Positions 25,251-33,870 of a stretch of 64,000 nt of DNA are shown here, in pieces. The notes under the pieces are model-generated. The model was not told the DNA's origin and did no database searches. It worked only from the letters and a program-made list of their open reading frames with translations. The position numbers were made by a program, and so were the translations under genes. Origin of the DNA: a virus; IMG/VR virus record IMGVR_UViG_3300022858_000345, positions 8,602 through 72,601 of that record; one strand, 5' to 3'. The first letter of the stretch is position 1; each line of letters starts with the position of its first letter.

Positions 25251-26026
25251 TGGGAATAAAATTAATTAATGGTGATTGTATAAAAGAGTTAAAAAAACTT
25301 GAAGATAATTTTGTTGATTTAATAGTTATTGACCCACCATATAATTTACATAGATTTGATTATGGAAATAAAAGTGATTTTCAAGAAGATATAAAATATA
25401 GAACTTGGAGTAAACAATGGATAGCAGAATTAGTAAGAGTATTAAAAGCTACTGGAAGTTTATATTGTTGGATAGACCATAATTATTTAGGATTTTTTCA
25501 GGAAGAATTTAATAAGGTATTACAGTATAAAAATACAATTATATGGTCTAAATCTCAAGGAGTATCCTATAAGCAGAAAAATTACATAGATAGATATGAG
25601 TGTTGTTTATTTTATACAAAATCAGAAAATTATATATTTCATAGTGACAAGTATTTTATTCCTTTAGGAATTGAACAATTATTGAAAAATATAAAAAATT
25701 TAAAATACATGAACTGGTATAAAAATAATCCTAAAAAGGCTAAAGAAACATATGAAAGATTAAAAAAGAAAGGTAAGTTTATGGTAAATGTTTGGGATGA
25801 TGTAGGGAGTAAGGTTAAAAAACATACTAAACACTTGAATGAAAAGCCTTTAGAATTGATTAAAAGATGTGTCTTGATGAGCAGTAATAAAGAAGATTTA
25901 GTATTAGATTGCTTTATGGGAAGCGGGACTACTGGAGTTGTATGTAATGCATTAAAAAGAAATTTTATTGGGATAGAATTAGAAAAAGAGTATTATGATA
26001 TTTCAGTCAAGAGAATTAGTATATAA
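25250..26026 (+). CDS. DNA amino-methyltransferase (N6A/N4C, beta class)
   Basis: Motif IV DPPY precedes HxxEKP and motif I DCFMGSGTT. Confidence 0.92.
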   Translation: MGIKLINGDCIKELKKLEDNFVDLIVIDPPYNLHRFDYGNKSDFQEDIKYRTWSKQWIAELVRVLKATGSLYCWIDHNYLGFFQEEFNKVLQYKNTIIWSKSQGVSYKQKNYIDRYECCLFYTKSENYIFHSDKYFIPLGIEQLLKNIKNLKYMNWYKNNPKKAKETYERLKKKGKFMVNVWDDVGSKVKKHTKHLNEKPLELIKRCVLMSSNKEDLVLDCFMGSGTTGVVCNALKRNFIGIELEKEYYDISVKRISI

Positions 26027-26050
26027 ATTATTTATTAAAAGACTTAAATT

Positions 26051-26830
26051 ATGTTAATATCAAAAATGCCAGATGGATCGCCAGAAGTATATAAAGCCTT
26101 TCAGGGAGAAGGTACTACTATGGGTGAATTATGTGTATTTGTTAGGACAGCAGGATGCTCATTAAGATGCACTTTCTGTGATACTTCTTATACTTGGTTG
26201 TTTGATGGAGATAAACTAAAGCATAAATACTCTGAGCCAGTTAATAGAGAGAAGCATGTAGGAAGAGTTACTCCTGAAGAGTTAGGCTTAGAAATAAGAA
26301 AAGCGGCAGGCCCTATCAGAAGAGTAATATTTACAGGAGGGGAACCTTTACTACAACAAGATGAAATATTAAAAGTAATTGATTTCCTAGAAGAGGACGG
26401 AGAATTTTGGGTTATTGAAATAGAAACGAATGGTACTATAAAATTTAATGAAGATTTAATACCTTTTGTTGAGTATATTAATTGTTCCCCAAAGATGGAG
26501 AATAGCGGTAATCCTAAATCACAAAGAAATAAACCAGAAGTAATAGAACAGTTTTTCGACTTAGCTAAAGATGTTCAAGGACCAGAAATGGTAATATTTA
26601 AGTTTGTAGTTGGTATTGATACTTTTAAAGGAGATTTAAAAGAGATAAGAGCTTGGCAAAAGGAGCATGATATACCTAATAATATGGTTTATTTAATGCC
26701 TGAAGGTATAGAGCCTGAACAAATAATAGAAGGAACTAAATATTTATTTGAAAACGCTTGTAGTAAGTATGGCTATCAGCTAAGTACAAGATTACAGGTA
26801 TTACTATATGGTTCTCAAAGAGCTACTTGA
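26051..26830 (+). CDS. queE: 7-carboxy-7-deazaguanine synthase (radical SAM)
   Basis: FQGEG, VFVRTAGCSLRCTFCDT, TGGEPLLQ, IETNGT, SPK, LMPEG, RLQVLLYG. Confidence 0.93.
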   Translation: MLISKMPDGSPEVYKAFQGEGTTMGELCVFVRTAGCSLRCTFCDTSYTWLFDGDKLKHKYSEPVNREKHVGRVTPEELGLEIRKAAGPIRRVIFTGGEPLLQQDEILKVIDFLEEDGEFWVIEIETNGTIKFNEDLIPFVEYINCSPKMENSGNPKSQRNKPEVIEQFFDLAKDVQGPEMVIFKFVVGIDTFKGDLKEIRAWQKEHDIPNNMVYLMPEGIEPEQIIEGTKYLFENACSKYGYQLSTRLQVLLYGSQRAT

Positions 26831-26878
26831 TTTACACATTAATATCTTATATTATATATTTATACTTAACTATATAAT

Positions 26879-27454
26879 ATGGATTCAAAAGAAGTTTCTA
26901 AAAGGTACAGGTCAATCAGAAAAAGTAAAGGAGTTTGTATGACATGTGGTAAACCTAAGGAAGATAATCGAAAAAATAGAGTTACCTGTCAAAAATGTGC
27001 TGATAAGTGTGTAGCGTATAATAAAAAAATTAGAGACCAGAGATTGAAGAATAAGCAATGTGTAGAGTGCGGAGATAAAGAGGTTGTAAATGAGTTTAAT
27101 TATTTAGATTCCAAGAGAGCTAATAAAGAAATTAAGTGTTTAAGATGTTATTTAAAACACTTATCTAGGAATTATCTAGGAACAAATACTAGGTGGGGAG
27201 AGCTAAAAAGGTTATATGATAACCAAGGAGGTAGATGCTACTATTCTAATTTACCTATTATAGTAGGGGAGGGAGCCACATTAGACCATACTATACCATC
27301 TAAAGGAGGCACTAAAATAACTGAAATTAAAAATTTAAAGTGGGTAGATAAAAATGTTAACTATATGAAAAGAGATTTATCAGAGAAAAAGTTTTTACAA
27401 TTAATTAACTTAATACATAAGCAGTATGAACCAACAAAATATAGGGCTTCCTAA
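26879..27454 (+). mobile_element. Zn-finger + HNH-like endonuclease
   Basis: CxxC repeats; QGGRCYYS...TLDHTIPSKGG...NLKWV..VNYMK. Promoter TTGATT-17-TATTAT at 26827-26855. Confidence 0.8.
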
Positions 27455-27567
27455 AATTCAGGATAAAAGAAAAACTAAAACTACTTTGCCAAAGATAAAA
27501 CAGCAAAGGCATAAAGTTAGGAAAGATTACAATTCATTTAAAAAATAATTTATTAACACCAAATATT

Positions 27568-27888
27568 ATGGGGAAAAACAAGAAAAACAGAAACACATCT
27601 AATATGAAAGATCAGCTACCTATTAAAGCATTAACTCCTCCTACTATTAAAAGGAAGACTATGGAGGTACCTGCTCAAGTACATGATAGATATCTTTTAG
27701 ATATTAATGCTAATGGTGAAGGGCTTAAGTCAATGTTGTATCATACATTTTTTCATATTCTTATGTTTTTATTAGTACCTTTGGCTATTATAGTCAGCAG
27801 GGTACTTGGTAGAAGAATAAAATGGTTTAATGTAGGGCCAGTACCAAAAGAAAGATTTATGGCAAACAGAACGGATCAAGTTAGATAA
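27568..27888 (+). CDS. Small membrane protein (possible holin-like)
   Basis: One TM segment (FFHILMFLLVPLAIIV); adjacent to the peptidase gene. Confidence 0.4.
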   Translation: MGKNKKNRNTSNMKDQLPIKALTPPTIKRKTMEVPAQVHDRYLLDINANGEGLKSMLYHTFFHILMFLLVPLAIIVSRVLGRRIKWFNVGPVPKERFMANRTDQVR

Positions 27889-27911
27889 TTATTTTAATAA
27901 TCAATTTTATT

Positions 27912-28805
27912 ATGTTTGAACGAAAGTCAAAAGATACTTTACCTTTAGGAGCTTTAAAGGGTGAAGAAGATTCTAGGGATTATATAGCGGGTCATATTTT
28001 AGGAGATATTGATCCTAAGTTTGTAATGCCAGAAGAAGTTAGATTAGATATAGAGGAAGGCAATCAAGGTGCTTTAGAGGAGACTAGAGTGGCTTGTACT
28101 TGTTTTGCGGCTTATCATGTAGCTCAAGCAATTAATGAGTTAGAGCACCAACAAGAGCTATCTGTTGATTTTGTAAAAGGTTGGAGATTGCAAAAACATT
28201 TAGGTACTGCTTCAGAAAAAGGAGATTATGTAGTAACAGCTTTAAAAAGTCTTGTAAAAAATGGATTAATTACTGAAGAAGGAACATACCCTATTAAAGC
28301 TTTTGCTCGTATTAGTTTAGGAAAGAGCACACCAGAAGAAATTAAATACTGGTTAGCTAAAGGGTATCCAATAGTTACTTCAGCTAGAACTACATCTACT
28401 AATTTTAAAAGAGCCAAGACAACAGGTTATTGGACAGGATTAGATGGTACCATAAGAGGTGGACATGCTTTCGCTTTAATGGGTTATACAGGTAGTAATA
28501 AAGATATTGTAGCCTCTCAGAGTTATGGAAGTAATTATGGATTTTATGGAGATGGTACATTTAGAATTGAAGATAAATTTGTTAAGAATTTAGATAGTTG
28601 TTATTTAGTATATGATATGAGAGAAGTAAAGAATATTTTTACAGATGTAACAGAGGATAGCTGGGTAGCTGAGGCTCTTAAATGGGCTAAAGATAAGAAA
28701 GTAATAAAAGGATATGAGGATGGTTCTTTTAGACCCGATCAGCCTATGACAAGAGCTGAAGTAGTTCAAGTAATGTATAATTATCATAAAAAATTTAAAA
28801 AATAA
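27912..28805 (+). CDS. Papain-like cysteine peptidase with C-terminal SLH domain (candidate lysis/envelope enzyme)
   Basis: DSRDY, NQG..ACTCFA (catalytic Cys), GGHAFALMGY (His), SQSYG; SLH FTDV..SW..WAKDKKVIKGYEDGSFRPDQPMTRAE. Confidence 0.82.
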   Translation: MFERKSKDTLPLGALKGEEDSRDYIAGHILGDIDPKFVMPEEVRLDIEEGNQGALEETRVACTCFAAYHVAQAINELEHQQELSVDFVKGWRLQKHLGTASEKGDYVVTALKSLVKNGLITEEGTYPIKAFARISLGKSTPEEIKYWLAKGYPIVTSARTTSTNFKRAKTTGYWTGLDGTIRGGHAFALMGYTGSNKDIVASQSYGSNYGFYGDGTFRIEDKFVKNLDSCYLVYDMREVKNIFTDVTEDSWVAEALKWAKDKKVIKGYEDGSFRPDQPMTRAEVVQVMYNYHKKFKK

Positions 28806-28806
28806 T

Positions 28807-29406
28807 ATGGCAGGAAGAATAGAAATATCGGTAGCGTTAGTAGAAAAAAGAAGGGAGAGAGCCTCCGCATTAAAAATGAAGGGTCTCAGTATTAATAGTA
28901 TTATGAATCTTGTTAATCAAGAAGCTACTATAGAGCAATGGGGAGTGGTTAGTAGGAGGACTATAATGAGAGATATAGCAGCTTATTTTAGTAAGAATAA
29001 ATTAACAGGTGTTGAAGCTAATGAGGAGATGTCTATGTTAAGAGATGCTTATATTTCACAGTATGAGGGTCTTATAGAAAAGATGCACATTAAATTATCT
29101 ACTAAACAAAATTGGAAACCATTTGAAGAGTTTGCAGCTATGGATATTTTAAGAAGGACTCTAGCGGATTTTGCTGAGATAATGAACTGGAATGAAGGAA
29201 GAAAGAATACAAATATACTTTTCCAGCAAAATAACATTTTAACTCCTTACGAAAACGCAGCAAATATAGTGAACAAGCCTAAAGAATTAAAAGCTATTTC
29301 AGCTCTTTGCGATATGATGCTAGATAAGAGACCTATTGATGAAATTGGAGTTGAGGTGCTAGGTGATAGCTATATAAAAGAAGATACAAATGACAACAAT
29401 ACTTAA
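28807..29406 (+). CDS. Putative terminase small subunit
   Basis: N-terminal HTH (GLSINSI..VSRRTIMRDI), directly upstream of and overlapping terL. Confidence 0.65.
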   Translation: MAGRIEISVALVEKRRERASALKMKGLSINSIMNLVNQEATIEQWGVVSRRTIMRDIAAYFSKNKLTGVEANEEMSMLRDAYISQYEGLIEKMHIKLSTKQNWKPFEEFAAMDILRRTLADFAEIMNWNEGRKNTNILFQQNNILTPYENAANIVNKPKELKAISALCDMMLDKRPIDEIGVEVLGDSYIKEDTNDNNT

Positions 29407-32260
29407 AAATCCAAAGTTAGCGGATAATCTTTCAGAAAGGACTGTTGTCTTTCTGCAAAATCATATTGCTAGTTTATCACATACTCAAAAAGACGCTTTA
29501 TTATTAAAGGATTGGGCTGATAATTCAAATAAGATTTGGAAATACCCAAGAGTGTGTTTTGATACCTTTATTGATAGCCCTCAGTATTTAGGGCTAGTGA
29601 AAGAAGGGGGTGCAAGTTTAGTTTATCCAGAAATTAGAAATATATGTAATGCTGTTATAGATGGAGACTATAGAGAGCTTGTAATGGTTGCTGGTATTGG
29701 GGGAGGTAAAACAACTGTATTAGAGCTATTAGCTTGCTATTACGCCTATGAACTACTTTGCTACTGGGACCCGCATGGGTATTTTAGTTTACTATCAGAT
29801 AAACCCATTACTCTAATTAATATGGGTACTACTGCTACTCAGGCTTTAGATAATGCCTTTTCAGGTATTAAGTCTTTTATTAAAAAAAGCCCATTCTTTA
29901 TGGGTCACACACCAATTATATTACAAGGTAGTATAAGATTCCCAAAACAAAACATACTTTTACTTTCAGGTAATAGTAAAGCTACCACACCTTTGGGATA
30001 TAATATTTATTATGCAGGATTAGATGAAGCGGCTTTTTATATGGATAATGATAATAAGTGTGTAGCTGAGGATATATATACAGCATTGCAAAGACGTATT
30101 GTATCCAGGTTTAAAGATAAAGGATTAGCTCTAATGATTAGTTCGCCTCAGTATGATGGAGATTTTGTTATGAGAAAATTACAGGAAGCCCAACAAGTAC
30201 CTAAACAAATTTTCTCTACTCATTCGCCTACTTGGAAACTAAAACCTATAAGTGAGGAAGATAAAAAAGATATATTTTATCTTAACTCTAAGACTAATAA
30301 GATTGTAGATACTATTTCACCAGCACAGACTATTTCTAAAATAGGAGACCCGTTTGAGGTAGGAGCTACTATTTGGGAAATACCTAAGCAGTATAAGAGA
30401 GATTTTATAGTTGATCCTGAAAAAGCTAAAAGAGATTATGCGGCAGTACCAGGGAAAGCTATTGATGCCTTTATGCCTCAAATAGATTTAATAGAGAAAA
30501 TGTTTACTGACAGGGAAAGTCCTTTACAAGCAAACGGAAGTTATACTTTTCCTGATGAAGACCCTTTAAGAGCTAATTATTATATTCATGTGGATTTAGC
30601 TTTAAACAGACATAATAAAGGAGATTTTGCTGGTCTAGCTATGTGCCATTTTGAGGGATTTGAAGAAGACAAAGAGCTAGGGGAACGTAGAAAGAAAGTA
30701 GTAATAGATTTAGCGGAACGAATAGAGGCTGGAGCTGGTGGTGAAATAGATTTTGAAGAAGTTAGAAAAAAGATTTATGTTTTAAAAACAATGGGATTTG
30801 CTATTAAGAAAGTTACTTTAGATGCTTTTCAGTGCTGTCGTCGGAACACTAAAATATTAACTATTGAAAATAGTGTGGCGTCACTATATAATAAAGGTAG
30901 TATCAATAACCAAAAAGATATGCCTTTAAAGAATGAATCAAAAGTACCTTTACTAGCGGGGGAAGAAAAAAACATACAGGATTTAAAAGAAGGTGATTAT
31001 GTATATAGTCTGGACAGAGATAAAAGTATTAAAGCGGGGAGGGTTAAGGCGGTATGGTGTTCAGGGCATAAGGAAATATATAGAGTTCATATAGATAATG
31101 GAAAGTTTGTAGATTGTTCGGATAATCATCCATTTATGTTACGAGATGGGAGTTATGTTAGGGCGGATAAATTACAAGAGGGTGCTAATTTAATGCCTTT
31201 ATATAGACAAAGAGAAAGGGTTGGTTATGAAAAAACATTTAATCCTAAAACTAAATCTTATAGACATACTCATAGATTAGTTATGGGGGCTTCTGGTAGG
31301 AGCAATATAGTCCATCATAAAGATGAAAATAAATCAAATAATATTCCAGATAACTTAGAGATAATGAAGAACTCAATTCATTGTAAGCATCATTGGACAG
31401 AGGAGAGGAAAAGATTAACTAGTAAGCAAAGAAGTATATCGAATAAATTAATAAAGCCTCGTTTAGGGACTAAAACTAGTGGGCAGGGAAGAAAGAATCT
31501 TTCAGAAGCGAGTAAAAAGATATGGCAAGACCCTAAACATAGAGCAAAAATGATGCTTAGAGATACGGCACATCATGGGGAGGACCATCCACAATATGAT
31601 AAAAATTTAACTATAGATATTTTACAGCAATATAAAGATAAAAAATTAGTAGAGGTATGTCGTATATTAAATACAACTCCTCGTAAAGTACGAAATCGTA
31701 TTAATACTTTAGGGTATAAGACTTGGAAAGAGTTTAGTAGTTCTCCTGTAAATCATCGAGTAGTTAAAGTAGAAAAATTAAATATTCAAGACGAAACTTG
31801 GGATATTGAAATAGAGGGAACTCATAATTTTGCTACTTCGGCGGGAGTATTTGTCCATAATTCAGTTGATACTATTCAGATTTTAAAGAAAAAAGGAATA
31901 AGAGCAGAGTATTTATCAGTAGATAGAGGGATAGAGCCTTATCAGACTCTAAAAGAATGTATTTATGGGGGTAATATACAATGTCATAAAATGGATGTAC
32001 TTTTAGATGAGCTAAGTAGGCTAGAAATAACTAAAGCCCAAAAGGTTGACCATCCGCCTGGTAGTTCTAAAGATGTAGCAGATGCGGTATGCGGAGCGGT
32101 ATATATGTGCGTAAAAGAATCTGGAGAAGAGATGGGAATGTCAGCAGGTGCTTATTATCCTAAAAATGAGGGAGAAAGTGCATCTATGGGAGTGCCAGAG
32201 AGTAAAGAGGATTATTATAGACGATTAGAAGAATTAAATAGTAAAGGATTATTGGCATAA
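29390..32260 (+). CDS. terL: Terminase large subunit, intein-containing
   Basis: Walker A GIGGGKT, Walker B LDEAAF, ISSP; nuclease HVDLA, LDAFQ|SVDTIQ, KVDHPPGSSKDVADA. Confidence 0.92.
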   Translation: MTTILKNPKLADNLSERTVVFLQNHIASLSHTQKDALLLKDWADNSNKIWKYPRVCFDTFIDSPQYLGLVKEGGASLVYPEIRNICNAVIDGDYRELVMVAGIGGGKTTVLELLACYYAYELLCYWDPHGYFSLLSDKPITLINMGTTATQALDNAFSGIKSFIKKSPFFMGHTPIILQGSIRFPKQNILLLSGNSKATTPLGYNIYYAGLDEAAFYMDNDNKCVAEDIYTALQRRIVSRFKDKGLALMISSPQYDGDFVMRKLQEAQQVPKQIFSTHSPTWKLKPISEEDKKDIFYLNSKTNKIVDTISPAQTISKIGDPFEVGATIWEIPKQYKRDFIVDPEKAKRDYAAVPGKAIDAFMPQIDLIEKMFTDRESPLQANGSYTFPDEDPLRANYYIHVDLALNRHNKGDFAGLAMCHFEGFEEDKELGERRKKVVIDLAERIEAGAGGEIDFEEVRKKIYVLKTMGFAIKKVTLDAFQCCRRNTKILTIENSVASLYNKGSINNQKDMPLKNESKVPLLAGEEKNIQDLKEGDYVYSLDRDKSIKAGRVKAVWCSGHKEIYRVHIDNGKFVDCSDNHPFMLRDGSYVRADKLQEGANLMPLYRQRERVGYEKTFNPKTKSYRHTHRLVMGASGRSNIVHHKDENKSNNIPDNLEIMKNSIHCKHHWTEERKRLTSKQRSISNKLIKPRLGTKTSGQGRKNLSEASKKIWQDPKHRAKMMLRDTAHHGEDHPQYDKNLTIDILQQYKDKKLVEVCRILNTTPRKVRNRINTLGYKTWKEFSSSPVNHRVVKVEKLNIQDETWDIEIEGTHNFATSAGVFVHNSVDTIQILKKKGIRAEYLSVDRGIEPYQTLKECIYGGNIQCHKMDVLLDELSRLEITKAQKVDHPPGSSKDVADAVCGAVYMCVKESGEEMGMSAGAYYPKNEGESASMGVPESKEDYYRRLEELNSKGLLA
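30833..31861 (+). mobile_element. Intein (343 aa) with in-frame HNH endonuclease in the TerL nuclease domain
   Basis: CCRRNTKI, CSDNHPFML, HRLV..VHHKDENKSNNIPDNL, TWDIEIEGTHNFATSAGVFVHN, +1 Ser. Confidence 0.93.
30864..30922 (+). promoter_or_regulatory. Intein-internal promoter TTGAAA-17-TATAAT plus in-frame internal ATG (30920)
   Basis: -35 at 30864-30869, -10 at 30887-30892, then aaccaaaaagatATG, the start context seen at many genes here. Confidence 0.7.
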
Positions 32261-32296
32261 ATTGCCAAATAGAATATATTATGTTAACTTTTATAT

Positions 32297-32482
32297 ATGA
32301 AATTATACAAATTTAGTGATATTAAAGACCTGAATACAGCTATGAAAACTTTCTCAGAAGATGGAGTTAGAGTCGTATATACCCAAATAAAAATAGTAGA
32401 TAAAGAAGAAAAATATTATGTATTTACTGATGAGTATTCTGTATATAGAGGTACAAAATTCTCTAAAGATAATAATTTTTAG
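32297..32482 (+). CDS. Hypothetical protein
   Basis: 61-aa ORF between terL and portal. Confidence 0.5.
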   Translation: MKLYKFSDIKDLNTAMKTFSEDGVRVVYTQIKIVDKEEKYYVFTDEYSVYRGTKFSKDNNF

Positions 32483-32505
32483 TATATGTTTAAACCCAAT
32501 TAGAT

Positions 32506-33870
32506 ATGAAAAAACCAAATGTTATCCAAAAAGCTTACAAAAGCTTAACTGAGCTATTCTCTTTTACTAAAGATGGTCAAAAGAAAGCTATTGCTACGTT
32601 AGGAGGAACAGGTGTTTCTTACTTTGGAAGATTACAAGACCCTTCAAAAACAGGGCTAAAAAAACCAACGAAAGTAACTTTTAATCAGTTACGGGAAGCA
32701 GCTAGGTATGATGCTATTATCAGAATTTGTGTAAATGTTATTAAGAAATCAGTTAGTCAAGCAGAGTGGGCTATAATCCCAAAACAGGAGAGAAAAGAAG
32801 TTAATAAGGCTCAAGTAGATCAAGCTACTAATTTATTTGAAACGATTAATAATCGAGGAGAGAATTTAAGACAAGTATTAGATATGGTATTAGAAGATTT
32901 ATTAGTATTAGATGCTGGAGTAATTGAGAAAGTTTATAATGCTAAAGGAGAGATAGTAGAATTAAATGCTGTAGACGGAGCTACTATCAGACCTAAAATG
33001 GATAAGTATGGAGATTTAGACCCGACTAGTGCTTATGTGCAAGTGATAGGAGACAAAGTAGTAGCTGAATTTGCATTAAATGAATTAATTTATATGGTGC
33101 AAAGTCCGCAAAGCGATATACGATTGTATGGGTATGGGATGTCGCCTATTGAGAGTATTTTATTACAAGTACAGGCAGCTTTAAATGCTGATCTGTATAA
33201 TGCTGAAATGTTTTCTAAAGATAATATCCCTCCAGGTATGTTAGATTTAGGGGATATGTCCCAATCAGAAGCACAACAATTTATATCTGTATGGGATGCC
33301 ACAGTAGTCGGTAGTACTCAGAAGTTAAAATTCCTTTGGGGTGGAGGAGAAAAAAATAATAAAAAGTATATTCCTTTTAACCAAAATAATAAAGATATGC
33401 AGTTTGTGGAATATACAGATTGGCTATCAAGAATTAAATTAGCTACTTATGGTCTTACAGGAATGGACGCAAATATTACTCAAGATGTTAATAGGGCTAC
33501 AGCAGGTGTTCAAGAATCTGTTACAAGTTCTAGAGGTGTAGGAAGTATTTTTAAGTTAGTTGAGGAGTATATTAATAGAGAGATATTTATGCCAATGGGA
33601 TGGGACGATATACAGTTTAAATTTCAAAAGGCTTTAAATATTTCCGAAAAGAAACAGCAAGCAGAAATAGATAAAATTTATGTAGAGGCAGGAATTCTAG
33701 ACCCAGCAGAAGTAGCTATCAGAGAAGGATTTGAAATACCTGAACAAGATGAAGAAGAGATAGATTACTTAGCACCAGCTCCCGAAGAAAAGATTGAAGG
33801 TAAAGAAGATGTGTTAGTGCCAGAAGAAAAGAAGTCTCACTCACATAATTTTAAACCTTTATATGAATAA
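32506..33870 (+). CDS. Portal protein (HK97-like)
   Basis: Position after terL; VDGATIRP, YGMSPIE, PPGML, KDMQF, DVNRATA. Confidence 0.9.
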   Translation: MKKPNVIQKAYKSLTELFSFTKDGQKKAIATLGGTGVSYFGRLQDPSKTGLKKPTKVTFNQLREAARYDAIIRICVNVIKKSVSQAEWAIIPKQERKEVNKAQVDQATNLFETINNRGENLRQVLDMVLEDLLVLDAGVIEKVYNAKGEIVELNAVDGATIRPKMDKYGDLDPTSAYVQVIGDKVVAEFALNELIYMVQSPQSDIRLYGYGMSPIESILLQVQAALNADLYNAEMFSKDNIPPGMLDLGDMSQSEAQQFISVWDATVVGSTQKLKFLWGGGEKNNKKYIPFNQNNKDMQFVEYTDWLSRIKLATYGLTGMDANITQDVNRATAGVQESVTSSRGVGSIFKLVEEYINREIFMPMGWDDIQFKFQKALNISEKKQQAEIDKIYVEAGILDPAEVAIREGFEIPEQDEEEIDYLAPAPEEKIEGKEDVLVPEEKKSHSHNFKPLYE

